This document shows, piece by piece, positions 26,458 through 39,675 of a stretch of DNA of 64,000 nucleotides (its first letter is position 1; each line of letters starts with the position of its first letter). Under the pieces are notes generated by a model. It was given only the letters and a program-made list of their open reading frames with translations. It was not told where the DNA came from and did no database searches. The DNA is taken from contig NC_058368.1 of the NCBI RefSeq assembly GCF_018350175.1, positions 205,470,001 through 205,534,000 of the forward strand, in the 5' to 3' direction. The DNA is from Felis catus (Eukaryota). A program made the translations under genes and the position numbers.

Positions 26458-26703
26458 TTCTTTTTTTTTTTTTTTTTTTAATTTTTTTTTTTTAACGTTT
26501 ATTTATTTTTGAGACAGAGAGAGACAGAGCATGAACAGGGGAGGGGCAGAGAGAGAGGGAGACACAGAATCTGAAACAGGCTGCAAGCTCTGAGCGGTCA
26601 GCACAGAGCCCGACGCGGGGCTCGAACTCATGGACCGTGAGATCATGACCTGAGCCATGAGATCATGACCTGAACTTCACCGACCAAGCCACCCAGGCGC
26701 CCC
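26458..26703 (-). mobile_element. Can-SINE with internal duplication
   Basis: Reverse SINE body; TSD TAGGCCCTGGGATTTCTT. Confidence 0.95.
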
Positions 26704-27966
26704 ATAGGCCCTGGGATTTCTTCTCCCCTCCAGCCATTTGGTTACCCATTGATATTTAAATACTTACTGTATGATAACACTAATTTTAGATACTAATGGC
26801 TTCTAGGTGTTCTTTATTCACCGTTACTCTATTACCTATGAAAAATATTTGCAAGTCAGGTCATATAAATGGTCTTCCCGTATCACCTGCTCTTTCTCAA
26901 CCCAGAGTACATAGACCTCTTTACCCCTGGCATTTGACCCACTAAAAAGTATTGAAGAATACTCCTCCTGTGTCACATCCTGAAAAAATTATAGAATACA
27001 ATGAAAGCATTTACGTAGAAGCATTGTAATGTAGGTTGCCTTTATCTGAAAATACTCACTCCTAATGGAAATAATATCTCAATGTGGTCTGTACATCACT
27101 GTGAGAAATAAAGTACAAACTATGCTAGCTTGTGATTTGTAGATGAGTTAAGTAGCTATTGTCATAGCTTCATCGATTTTCTGTGTCTGTGAGCAGTGAC
27201 CTGGTTCATGGAGTCATCCTGCCCCCCTCGCAGTCTGTAACACGACAGCACATACAAACTTTATTTTTTCCGGCTCCGATTCACAAAGATCTCACTGTTA
27301 CTGGAATCTCATCAGAGTGCTGTCATCCTCTGTACTAATTCTGGCTTGCGTGTGGTGGTCGAGGAGAGCATGGACAGCAGTTCCAGGCAGAGTATGTGTA
27401 TCTCTGATCTGAGGAGCCTGCTTGTGTTGAGAGGCAAGATTAAATCTACACCATCACATACAAATCGGGACCCAGTTTTGGTCATTTGAGGAAGAAGATT
27501 CAACACTCAGCTACTCTTTATATGGTCTCAATTATATTCACTAAAACTTACACGCCTCCCCCTTCTTTTATGTCCTAGAGAAGATTCACTTACCAATGAA
27601 TGTTATCTCAGTGACCCAAAGGAATCGTTATAGTTTTGGGCAGACATTGGTATTGTCAGAAAACTTCTTTTTAGTTTAAAAATGATAGCCTTTTTTGAGA
27701 ATATTAAATCATTATTTTTAGTTGGAGTTTTAAATAGTGAAAATTGCTTTTAAACAAAGGTCAAGCCATGTTTAATAATATATCAGTCATAATAAGTAGT
27801 AATAACATCAGTTCAAGTTTGCTAAGCACATTAATGAATATAAAATATGCCTTACAATAAAAATGACCTCTTGGCTAGTCTTCTGAAGCCACTACTTTGT
27901 TATCTTTATGGGAAAGCATATTAATGTTATTGAAATTAGAAATTTTCTTTTTTTAAAAAATTAGAA

Positions 27967-28178
27967 GGGCGCCTGGGTGGCTCAGTCGGTTGGGCGTCCA
28001 ACTTCGGCTCAGGTCATGATCTCGCGGTCCGTGAGTTCGAGCCCCGCGTCGGGCTCTGTGCTGACAGCTCAGAGCCTGGAGCCTGTTTCGGATTCTGTGT
28101 CTCCCTCTCTCTCTGACCTTCCCCGATTCATGCTCTGTCTCTCTCTGTCTCAAAAATGAATAAACGTTAAAAAAAAAA
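27967..28178 (+). mobile_element. Young Can-SINE (SINEC_Fc-type)
   Basis: GGGCGCCTGGGTGGCTCAGTCGG head, CpG-rich body; TSD AAAAAATTAGAA. Confidence 0.95.
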
Positions 28179-28320
28179 TTAGAAAATAGTGCCTCAAGGA
28201 TGATGGGAGAATGTAGTCAGTGATTATATTCAGAGCAAGTGCCTTTAGAATTAAGTTCAGGTTTATATATGTAGGAGATTTATGGCATAATCTCTTTACC
28301 TGTTTTGCAGTGGACCTTAA

Positions 28321-28476
<156 letters not shown>

Positions 28477-30160
28477 TGAAGTAGTCTATGCAATGAAATC
28501 TTCTGAGAGTTGTTGGCTTAAAGTTCCCCACCTTATTTTTTATATTTTTAACATCATAATAAAATATTTCCCCCCATAAAACAGTGGTAATTGTGAGCAT
28601 GTAGTGTTGTATTTCATGTAGGAAATGGTAGTTCCCTGACTATGTGAGCTTTCTGACTGCTCCTCTTATGTTAGCTTGTCATTGTCTACCTCCTCTAGTG
28701 TACCTGCCTCAGAGAGACCTCACAGTGTCCGGTTTAGATAACTATTTCTAACTTTTGTGTGGTTGGACAAGATAATGAAGGTCATTAAAAATTCTGTATT
28801 ATTATAATGATCAATAAGATTCTGGATGAGTAACTGAAAAGTAAGGTTTTTACTTGAGGAACGGGGACATTTTTTGACAGTTGATGAATTTCAAAAATTC
28901 CTTTCACCTAATTGTCATTTCAAGGTCAGGTTGTTCGAAAGGGAAGAATTTTACTCTTCCTCAAGATTAATCTTCCAGATGAGCTCAATATTCTCATAGA
29001 ATTCATGCATACTTTTTATTCAATATTATATTAAGAAATACTTTTGCTTCCTGGATGACATTTTTTTTAAATAATATTAACTGTGGGAGAGGTTATTTAC
29101 AGTTTGGCCAATTTATAAGATTTTTAATCTTCTGTTCTCAGTAGATCTTAACTGTTAGTGCAATAAAAACTGTCCATATGTAAGATGTATATCCAGTCTT
29201 TAAAACATGAATAATGATCATGAGCATACGGTTGACATGATCGAGGCAGTAATCTTGACCAATTTCAAAAGCACAAAACTTACATGAGTCTGAATAAAAG
29301 CAGATTCATATTACCATCAAAGACTCACATATCTTCAAAATGTGATTATTTATAGAGTGACCAGTTCCCTCATTTTGAAGACAAGGTGTATCTTACCCAT
29401 AGTCAATGTTTGAAGGAAAATTTACATAGTCCTAAAACATTAGTTGCCACTTCAGTTTATTTAAATGATATATGTTTGGTCCCTCTTTTTGGAAGTATGT
29501 TAGAATTTCCTCATTTTTGGTTCTGTCTCGTGCCTTTTTTCCCTATTTCTATTTCCTCATCTTTTGTTTACTATATATTATGTTATGAAACTACTCACCC
29601 GATTGAAGTAATGTAGAGGTGCCTTGTAAAAATACATACAAAATTAAAAAGCAAAATTGAGAGTAATCAGGCAAAGGAAAAATAAAAGCTTCACAACTTA
29701 GGTGTTGTGAGAGCTAAGGTTAGGACTCCAAATTTGGGTTGTTAGATGCTGTATACCAAAAAATATGAAACTTTGCCTCTCCAGATCCTTCCAGTCCAGT
29801 AGGCAGCCATTTTGTTTATAGTCACTGATTACTACCAGGAAGATTTATGGATAACATTGGTTGCATAATAGGTACTAAATAATTACTTTTTGTTTTACTG
29901 ACCTATATTTCTAATAGCTTAACATTTCTTTCAAACTTTGGTAATTTTTAGGAAATAGTTTTTGTTTATCACAGTTATTAGTGTAGGAAAGACTAATCAA
30001 TAGAAGAAACAGCCATGAAAACATTGGAATTATTTTTAAAAGGTTCACCTCGAGTCTTTTGATAGTAATTTCCCAACGTTGTTAGAGAAGTCATTTATAC
30101 TACAATTTTAGTGTATGATTCAGTGAAGAACTTTTAGTAATTGAACTTGTGCTTTGACAG

Positions 30161-30209
30161 GGTCCATATCCGCTACAAAATGAAGTTGATGCAGATCTAA
30201 TCAATGCAG
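30161..30209 (+). CDS. OXCT1: OXCT1 coding exon (exon 11 equivalent), 49 nt
   Basis: TGACAG|GGT...GCAG|GTAAAC; encodes GPYPLQNEVDADLINA(G). Confidence 0.96.
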
Positions 30210-30469
30210 GTAAACTCCTTCATTACGTGATTTTCCAATGCTGTTAATTTAGGGTTTTTTGGCAAATAAGAGTAAGGAGTTGGGCTTGATTCTTTATCTT
30301 TTCTTGGAGAGTACTCCACTGTGTTTTTCACTGAGGAGGGAAGAGAGGACTTCCTAATCTTTTCTTTGTCTGGTGTGCTTATCGTCTCTTGTTTAGGGAA
30401 GAATAAGATAAGGGAGAAATTGTAGGTGGGGTTACATATAGTGGCAAGAGCTTTGGTGGGTAGATCAGT

Positions 30470-30830
30470 CAGGGTCCTGGCTATATGTATAGAGCACTCC
30501 CAAATAGGGTAACGAATAGGATTAAAGGAAAGAACAGTTTACAAGGGTATGAACAAGACTGAGGGAAACCAGGAAAGGATGGTGAAACACCACAGGGAGT
30601 TATTGTCACCCCAAGGCCTTAAGGGACAGTAGTGGGAGAGGGCCACCTAGTAGGAGCAATGGTCTTGGATAGAGAAACAGCCATCTTGCAGAAATCTGGG
30701 TGAGGGATGGGAGCTCTTCTGCTGGATCTTCTGCTTGTGCCTTCCATTGGCCAATCCTAGGCTGAAATATGTCTGCCTTTTTATGATGGGATGACAAGTG
30801 GATCCATCTAGGCAAAAGGAAAGATCTGGC
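30470..30830. mobile_element. Possible MLT1 (ERVL-MaLR) LTR remnant
   Basis: GGGTCCTGG...AGCACTCCCAAATAGGG and TTCCATTGGCCAATCC motifs resemble MLT1 LTRs. Confidence 0.4.
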
Positions 30831-32485
30831 ACACTGGGGTTTTTGTTCTGAGCAATATTTACTGTCCCCCTAGTTGTCATTGGAGTAGGAGAGCATTCTT
30901 CAAGAGTTCAAGGGTGCTGAATGATGTACTCTGCCACTCAGTGTGACCCAGTGATGTGAGTAATGGAGTTTTTTTGAACTGGGACTCAACCTGTCTTTAT
31001 TCCCACATGCATATGCTTTGCCTTTTTTTTTTTTTTTTTTTAATTTGACTGTGACATAGAGTTGCATGTGGTAGCAGCCTAGAGGAGAAAAAACAAGCCA
31101 GACCATCTGGTCATTGTCACTGCCCATGCTTGAGGTAACACTGCCACCCTGTTGGGGCTGAAGATTATCCTTAGATTGGGGCTGCTCATAATAAGCTGAT
31201 TTTTATATCCTAGCATGATTTTCTTTGCCCTTTTACTCTTATTCACTCTACCCCCACAAAAGTATTATTTCACATTCAAAAATAGTACATGTAAATCTCA
31301 GAAGAGAAGCAGTATTAGCTGAACATAAAGGCCAGCTGCCAAGCAGAATTGATGTTTGATACTTAGAATTTTTGGAAGTAAAACTGCTTCTGGTTGAATA
31401 GTTGAATTAGCTAACACGACTCAACCCTGAAAGGCCCACTGTGATAAAGCAATGACATTTAACTAAGGCTGTAATTTAATTGTACTGTACCCTTTAGCAA
31501 TAGCTCATTGATCTGTGAAAATATTTGCTGCTTGGTTTAATTAATTTATGATGTTAGTGAGTTATTTGCAAAATGAATAACTCCCATTTTCCAAATTTTA
31601 GGCCTTAGTTCATAAAACCCACTTCCCTTGGAAAAGTAGTTAATCTTTTCAGTGACTATTGGACAGTAGCCCTATTTCTGATTCCATGAGCTTAAGAGTA
31701 GCTCAGCCCTAATGAAGCCACTAGTTTTATTATTTAACTTCTGAAATACATTGTATAATCTTTGACTGCTTTGTAAAACAATAATTCATTGCTTTTGGGA
31801 AGCCAAGCTGCAAATCAGTTTAATAATATTTCAGCTCCTTCATCGAAGTTCTTTTTGGGATTTATGTTGCTTTTGATTTTGGAGCTGCCTAATTTAGGGA
31901 GGAAATAGTTTGAGCTAAAGAACCCAGAATATATATTTGTGGTCTCCTCAACTCTTCAGATTTGGAAGTTACCTGCAAGAGCCATTGTTTGCGTTAATTT
32001 GAAAGGATTTTTACAGAAATCCTTTGGAATGAATACCAAGAGTTACATTTCTGGGTGTAATCAGTGTATTAAAATTTTTAGATAACTATTTCTAAGGATC
32101 CCTTTTTCTAAATAATGACTTCATGGGTTATGTAAAAATGGATTGCCACTTCCATAGCACTGTTTGGTTTGTGGCATACTTTCTCACACGTGTTATATAC
32201 CATTTGAGCCTTAAGTAAAAACTCATTGTACAGATTGGGAAACTGGGGCACAGAAAAGTGATGTGATGTGTTCAAGATCCCATTGCTAGGGACTGGACTC
32301 ACACACAGCCTGCTGTCCTGGCCCCTGGCCTTTTCCTCTACACATTGAGTTGAACCCACTCCTAACCTGAGTTTTACAAAGGTTCAGAAGGCAGTGCTGA
32401 CAGCAGCATTTCAGAGGTCCTGTTAAGATTTGGAATATTCCAATGCAATTGTGCAACTTTCAATCAGTCTCATGTTTTAGCTTTC

Positions 32486-32704
32486 TTTTTTTTTAATTAA
32501 AAAAAGTTTAACATTTATTTTTGAGAGAGACAGAGCATGAGTGGGGGAGGGGCAGAGAGAAAGAGGGAGACACAGAATCTGAACCTGTCTCCAGGCTCTG
32601 AGCTGTCAGTATAGAACCCAATGTGGAGCTCAAACCCACAGACCATGAGATCATGACCTGAGCAGAAGTCAGATGCTTAACCGATGGAGCCACCCAGGTG
32701 CCCC
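32486..32704 (-). mobile_element. Can-SINE
   Basis: Reverse SINE body; TSD TTAGCTTTC. Confidence 0.93.
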
Positions 32705-32767
32705 TTAGCTTTCGTATGAATGTACATTTCACATTCTTCTCTACTTCTTAATTGTTTTCTTATTTTA

Positions 32768-32966
32768 ATTAATTTAAAAATTTTCCTTTATTAAGTTTAC
32801 TTTTTGAGAGAGAGACAGCGTAAGTAGGGGGAGGGTCAGAGAGAGAGGGAGAGAGAGAATCCCACACAGGCTCTGTGAAGGGCTTGAACCTGCAAAACTG
32901 TGAGATCATGATCTGAGCCAGAACCAACAGTCAGACACTTAACTGACTGAGCCACCCAGGCACCCC
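32768..32966 (-). mobile_element. Can-SINE (internal deletion)
   Basis: Reverse SINE body ending CCCAGGCACCCC; TSD TTTTCTTATTTTA. Confidence 0.9.
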
Positions 32967-33096
32967 AAATTTTCTTATTTTAGTATCAGATAATGTTTTA
33001 AATGACTTACCTTTGATTAAAACTCCTTTAGAAAGAACCACCATGTTAACCCCATGGCCTATAAATATCCTTGGCCCCTGTCATGTGCTTCTAGCG

Positions 33097-33278
33097 CAGT
33101 GGTTCTGAATGAGCAAGTGGGGGATTTTATTCCCCTGGGGACATTGACAATGTCTGAAGACATTTTCGATTGCCAGTATTATTGGCAAGTAGTAGAGGCC
33201 AGGAATGCTGTTAATTATCCTACAATAATGTAACAGCTCCCCTCAAAGAGTTACCCAGTTCCAGATGTCAATAGTGCC
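33097..33278. mobile_element. MER20 (hAT-Charlie MITE)
   Basis: CAGTGGTTCT...GGGGGATTTT..CCCCTGGGGACATT..CAATGTCTGAAGACATTTT...GTAGAGGCCAGGAATGCTG...ATGTCAATAGTGCC. Confidence 0.8.
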
Positions 33279-33452
33279 TTCTCTTGAGGTCCTCGTGCCA
33301 CAGCTGAAGAATCATAGGCCTGCAGACTAAGGAACGAATAGTACAGCGTTCAAGATGTATCTAATGGCTGGGACTGCCCTCTCCAGCTTCATCTTCCACT
33401 ACACCCTTCAAGGACTTCTGTGTCCACCCATACTGGACTAATGGGTCTATTC

Positions 33453-33681
33453 TTTTTTTTTTTTTTTAATTTTTTTTAACATTTATTTATTTTTGAGAGA
33501 CAGACAGAGACAGGGCATGAGCAGGGGAGGGGTAGAGGGAGAGGGAGTTACAGAATCTGAAGCAGCTCCAGGCTCTGAGCTGTTAGCACAGAGCCCAACG
33601 CGGGGCTTGAACTCATGAACTGCAAGATCGTGACCTGAGCTGAAGTCGGATGCTTAACCGACTGGGCCACCCAGGCGCCCC
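33453..33681 (-). mobile_element. Can-SINE
   Basis: Poly-T followed by reverse SINE body ending CCCAGGCGCCCC. Confidence 0.94.
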
Positions 33682-33983
33682 CAAGTGGTTTATTCTGATC
33701 ATGCCTCATGCTTTCCCTTCTCCATGCCTTTGCTCTTCCTGCATGCATCATCAGATTCATTTGTTCTGTCCCCTTCTTTCTGCATCCCCATCTCCTTATC
33801 ACTAATTTCCTATTGAAATGTGTTACACTTGTCCTTCAAGCTCCAGTTCATTTGTCCTCTCCAAATCCTCAGAAATGCCCCTGCTTTGAACCTGTAACAC
33901 ATCTAGTGTCTTTCATTTTGTCTTATAATTATTCGTGTATATTTGTCTCTCTAGCTGAATAGTATATTCCTTTTGCTTTGAGT

Positions 33984-34161
33984 GTTGGTTCTCGAAGTGT
34001 GGTCCCCAGACCTACAGCATCAGCATCAGCATCACCAGAGACTTGTTAGAAACAGATTCTCAGGACTCATCACAAGCCCACTGAATTATAAACTCTGGGA
34101 GTTTAGCTCAGAGATCTGCCTTCCATGTGATTCTAATTGGTGTTAAAGTTTGAGAACCATT
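33984..34161. mobile_element. MER5A (hAT-Charlie MITE)
   Basis: TGGTTCTCGAAGTGTGGTCCCCAGACC..CAGCATCAGCATCACC...AAAGTTTGAGAACCA. Confidence 0.82.
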
Positions 34162-36439
34162 AGCTTACGACGTCTGTGTTTTGGTTTGTAACACCATTCA
34201 AGGCACATAGCAGACATTTTACTTGATATTGAATAAACAACACGTTAAATCATGAGCCCAAGGACTCAGTAACTGTGAAATTGAATAACTGTGTTTGCCC
34301 AAATATTACGAAAGGATCTAGACAAATGCAGAGAAAAACTGGAGGAAACAGAAGTCAATAAGGAATAGGCAAATAAGAAAGTTCTTTTCCTTTAAAATAT
34401 TGATTGTATTGTTGATAACAGTTACTTATTGACCAAATTTGGACATTGTATTTGGAAAGCATGGATTCAACTTTAGGATATCTATTTTTACTTAGATATT
34501 AGATATTTAAAAATACTGACAACTAACTTGGCTTCCAGAGAATGTAATTTATAAGATTGCAGAATGTATTAGCAGGTGCCTGACAATAACTATATTTTAT
34601 TAGAGTTGTTTTCTGGGCTCTTAAATAAAACTATGCTTCATAAATCACATGGGGAGAGCCAAGACTCTCTCACTGATCTCCAACTTTCCTGTGAGCGATA
34701 AATAATGCCTTCTACGTACTGTCAGCTGGTGGAGATTGCCTTTTGGAAGTCATTGTGATTTAGCACGTGAAGAACAAAGAATTGAGATTTTTATGTTTCT
34801 CTGCTTTTTTGTCCTATACATTCTTGCCCCTTGCACCTCATAGGACTGGTCAGGAACCAAATATACTGGATATGGAAGTTGTGTTAGGATGAAGTTTAGT
34901 TGTATCTCATGCCTATCCTGAAGCTTAGAGTTCCCAGGCTGGCGGTATAATTCTGCCACATAAGCCAGTTGCTGAGTAGTATTTATCCCTAGAGGGGCGA
35001 TGGCATTATCTCTTTTACAAGTAGGTTCGGAGTGAGGAATATAATAGTAGTGACAATAATGAAGCTTGTGTTTATGGAGTCCTTTCTCTGTGCCAGGTAC
35101 CAGAGTAAGGACTTTGCATACCTTATTTCATTTAATCCTCCAAATCCTAAACAAAAAGCCCCTCCTGACCACACCAGAAAGTATTCTCCAAAGATTTTCA
35201 TCTTACAGTATTTTGAAAGATGTGAAAATGTTTCCCTTGTTTAGAATCAGATTCCTTTTGGGAATAAATATTTCAGCATGATATAAATAGACTGTTTCTC
35301 TCTACTCAAGCTCAAATAGAGAGGGATATTGATGGAGAACTTAACTTTCAGGCAAGGCTTGAGAAGCTGAGGGTACAGCTGTGTTGCACAGCTGGGCATG
35401 ATCTGACCACCCTAGTCCTATTGTGTCTGGGAGCTTTTCTCTTTTCCAACCCTGGTATCATAACTTTTCTTCCCCTTCTATTTGACTACTTTATTACACT
35501 GGGATAATGCATGAGGTGTTCTCATACAGTTGACTTCTATTTGGCAAAATGGCATGTGAGTCCTTTTCTGGTTGAGGCCAGATTCTTCTCCTGGGCACCG
35601 TACTCACAGGAAATAGAGCACAAAAAGAAAGCAGCTGAAATACAAGTCAGGTGATACTGTTGGTTGTGTGAGGACAGGATGAACTTGAAGATCCTATTCA
35701 GCTCTTTAATTATGAGGTGTACATTTTGATTGAGATCTTTCCAAGAGGACCTCTTAGAAGTTACCCTTAAAAAAAAACAGTTACCATTAAATACATGAGC
35801 CAGTATTAGGATGTTATTCCCTGATCTCATCAAAGTCCTATGATTTTAACAGAAACTTAGAGGAACAAGAGAGTTGAAATATGAGGCAGAGAGAGATTAA
35901 AAGAAGAGATTCAGGCCTGATGATGTTAAGGAATTAGGTGGGGGGAACCTTACTTTCTAGGTTATTTATTGTTGTTTTTTTTTTTTTTTTTAAGAAATAT
36001 CTGAGGAGCATCTCTTGTGTCATTTCCTTCCAAGTTGCATATCTTTGCACACAATCTCTTTGCTCCAGTGACTTAGAGTGTTGCTAGATGCATCCCAGGG
36101 GCTCCTTTTTCCCTCACGGTCATCAGCATTTAGCAGGGGCTTGTGGAGGGAGTGGGGGTTGGGGAGAGGCAGAAATGGTTAGAGGTGATAGGGGGTGCTT
36201 TGTAGAGAATTACAAAAACAATAAGAAAATTCAAAGTTGGTCTTTCTATTATCACCATGCAAGGGCAAATCTGAACAATACTTGTGACAAAATACTCCTC
36301 TTCACAGGGTGACAGTTCCCAGTGGATCTCCCACAACCCCACTGCCACTGCTGTTTGGTTGAAGAGGTCTTAGTTCTTTAGGAAATGGAGAAAGTATAGA
36401 CCTCTCTCTACATGATTTCCACTCTTAGAAATCTAATAG

Positions 36440-36697
<258 letters not shown>

Positions 36698-37034
36698 TGA
36701 AATTATTCACATTGAATGTTGGGAATTGGAACATTCAGCTCACAGTTATTAAAAGAACCCCCCCCCCAATGGAATTTATATCTGTGTGCTGAGTATACCA
36801 AAGTAAATATTTTTAAAGTTCTTTGTAAGGATCCTAACATTTTCTACAAAATTGTTTTCATTTTCTAGCTAGCGTTTGCCTTCAAATCAAGCCACATTCT
36901 CCCTTACTGAAGGAAACAGACTCACTGTGTACACCTGTTTTTTATTTGTTTTTGGAGACAATATAGGCTATAATTTTTTAAAAAGAACTCTTAAGGGTTA
37001 TTTCTCTATATCAGCTTGAGCTGGTTGATTTTGA

Positions 37035-37292
<258 letters not shown>

Positions 37293-37521
37293 TGAAATAC
37301 TGAGAAAAGTCTTGTTGAATTGCTATGAGAGCACAATATAATTATTACAAAAATGAAACATTTTCATAACATTTAATATTTTGGTCAAATTTTGGTAAAA
37401 CAGCTACTGAGAACTATTTGGCTTTGCCTGTTTGCTAGAGGACTAAAAAGGCAGGATCAGGGCTAAAACACAATTTTCCATGAGGAACAGAGAATTGGGG
37501 AAGATTGAAAATAAATGGGCT

Positions 37522-37760
37522 GGGGCGCCTGGGTGGCTCAGTCGGTTAAGCATCCGACTTCGGCTCAGGTCACGATCTCGCAGTCCATGAGTTCGAGCCC
37601 TGCTTCGGCCTCTGTGCTAACTGCTCAGAGCCTGGAGCCTGTTTCAGATTCTGTCTCTCTCTCTCTCTGACCCTCCCCCGTTCATGCTCTGTCTCTCTCT
37701 GTCTCAAAAATAAATAAACGTTAAAAAAAAATTTTTTTTAATAAAAAAATAAAAAAAATA
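37522..37760 (+). mobile_element. Young Can-SINE (SINEC_Fc-type)
   Basis: Consensus head; perfect TSD AAAATAAATGGGCT. Confidence 0.96.
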
Positions 37761-38443
37761 AAAATAAATGGGCTAATTCTGATAAAAATAAGAAATACAA
37801 ATATTATAGGTAAGTTTTTATAACTAGAAAGAGCAAAAATAAATTTATTAATTTTATGTTAATTCTGTATTTTCTCATTCATAGTGATTAAAAAAAAAAA
37901 ACCCTCCCAATTGGTCATGTGACCTCATAGGTAATCAGTCACATTGTCTTCTCTTATGGAATTCAAAACTTGTGATATTTAAACATGTATTGGAAATGCA
38001 AAGTTTTATTTACTAATCACCTAAATCAGGGAAGAAAGCATAGAATTAGCTTTGGAAAAAGGACTATAATCAGTTGACTTAATTTATGAGTGTGGTTTGT
38101 TACATACCAGGTTGTTGCTTTGTGATGTGTTTGTGGGAACAATAATGAGTGCATGTCCATGATTATGAACTCATTTTGGCTGGTTGCTCAGGTTACTCTT
38201 TCTGGATGTGTACTTCAGGATTTCTGTGTGTTTTTCTATATCATCAGCTACAAGGAATTTGTTTAAGTAACTGATGCTGGTGTTCTATGATTTGAGAGTT
38301 TTTCTGAAATCACTTAGATATTTTCCTCTAGTAATCTTTGAGGAGGTGGATTAATATAGTTGATGACAGTGTTAGAGATTGTCTTTAGCTCTTTTGATCT
38401 AATATACTGTGAAATATTATTTTAAGGTTTGAATAATTAAGAC

Positions 38444-38614
38444 CCTGGTTCTCAAACTTGGTTGCATATTAAAATCACCTGAGTATTTTAAAAACTATTG
38501 ATGCCTGGATCCCACTCCCAGAGGTTTCAATTTAATTAATAGGGGATGTAGCCTAGGCACTGGGCATTTTAAAAGCAACTTTGATGATTACCATCGCCAG
38601 GTTTGCGAACCAGC
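38444..38614. mobile_element. MER5-family hAT MITE
   Basis: TGGTTCTCAAACTTGGTTGCATATTAAAATCACCTG...GCCAGGTTTGCGAACCA. Confidence 0.75.
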
Positions 38615-38660
38615 ATATTAAAGAATGATTGTAAATCACAGTTAGACTGTAAGGCAGAGA

Positions 38661-39018
38661 GGCACCGAACTGGCTCATTCGGTAGAGCATGTGACTCTTT
38701 TTTTTTTTTTTTTTTAACCTTTATTTTTGAGACAGAGAGAGACAAACCATGAACGGGGGAGGGTCAGAGAGAGGGAGACACAGAATCTGAAACAGGCTCC
38801 AGGCTCTGAGCTGTCAGCACAGAGCCTGATGTGGGGCTCAAACTCATGGACTGTGAAATCACGACCTGAGCCGGAGTCAGACGCTTAACCAACTGAGCCA
38901 CCCAGGCGCCCCTGAGCATGTGACTCTTGATCTTGGGGTTGTGAGTTTGAGCCCCACGTTGGGGAATAGCGTTTACTTAAAGTGATAAAAAATAATTAAA
39001 AGTAATTAAAAAATAAAA
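38661..39018 (+). mobile_element. Older short Can-SINE split by a younger SINE
   Basis: GGCACC..TGGCTCATTCGGTAGAGCATGTGACTCTT / GATCTTGGGGTTGTGAGTTTGAGCCCCACGTTGG plus A tail; outer TSD TGTAAGG(C/G)AGA. Confidence 0.85.
38700..38912 (-). mobile_element. Can-SINE nested in an older SINE
   Basis: Reverse SINE body; TSD GAGCATGTGACTCTT at 38685-38699 and 38914-38928. Confidence 0.95.
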
Positions 39019-39269
39019 TGTAAGGGAGAAACATCATTGAACTACTGATATTAGGGAGTATATTGTTATTTTAGCTTAAAAATGTTCATCATTCTAAATC
39101 AGCCATGGTTATAAGAGTTGGCAGCTTTTGGAGGCTTCAGAGAAATCAGGGAGGATCTCCTGAATATTGTACAGTGAATCAGATTGACAGTTTATGGGAA
39201 TACTTGTGTAGAAAATCAAAATACATTTCTGTTCTCAAATTTTTAGAAAAAGGCCACATGGGATAGTTA

Positions 39270-39675
39270 GAAGGAACATAAAAAAGTAAGCTCTGGGTTC
39301 TAGCCCTGACTCTACCCAGTAGTTAAGGTGTGACCTTGAACATGTCAATTAAACTCTTTGGGTTAAAGCATCCCTATCTATAAAATGAAGAATTGAGATT
39401 AGCTAATTTCTGGTGTCTCATTGGGCTCTCCTAGCTCCATGGATGAGAGCAAGGGCCTCGGAGTGAGATAGACCTGCATTGAAATCCAATTTTTGTCATT
39501 TGCTAGCAGTGTAACTGAGGCAGTTGCCTACTTTTTCTTCATCTGTAAAATGAGAAGGATATAATACTACCTACTCTATAGGATTATATAAAGGAATAAA
39601 TGATATAGTATATACGTAGTACATATCATAGAGCTTGACAACATAGTACAAGCTAAATAAATGGGTTGTTATTAT
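39270..39675. mobile_element. Two adjacent MIR fragments
   Basis: CTGGGTTCTAGCCCTGACTCT...TGTGACCTTGAAC and CTTCATCTGTAAAATGAG...ATAACTACCTAC. Confidence 0.7.
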
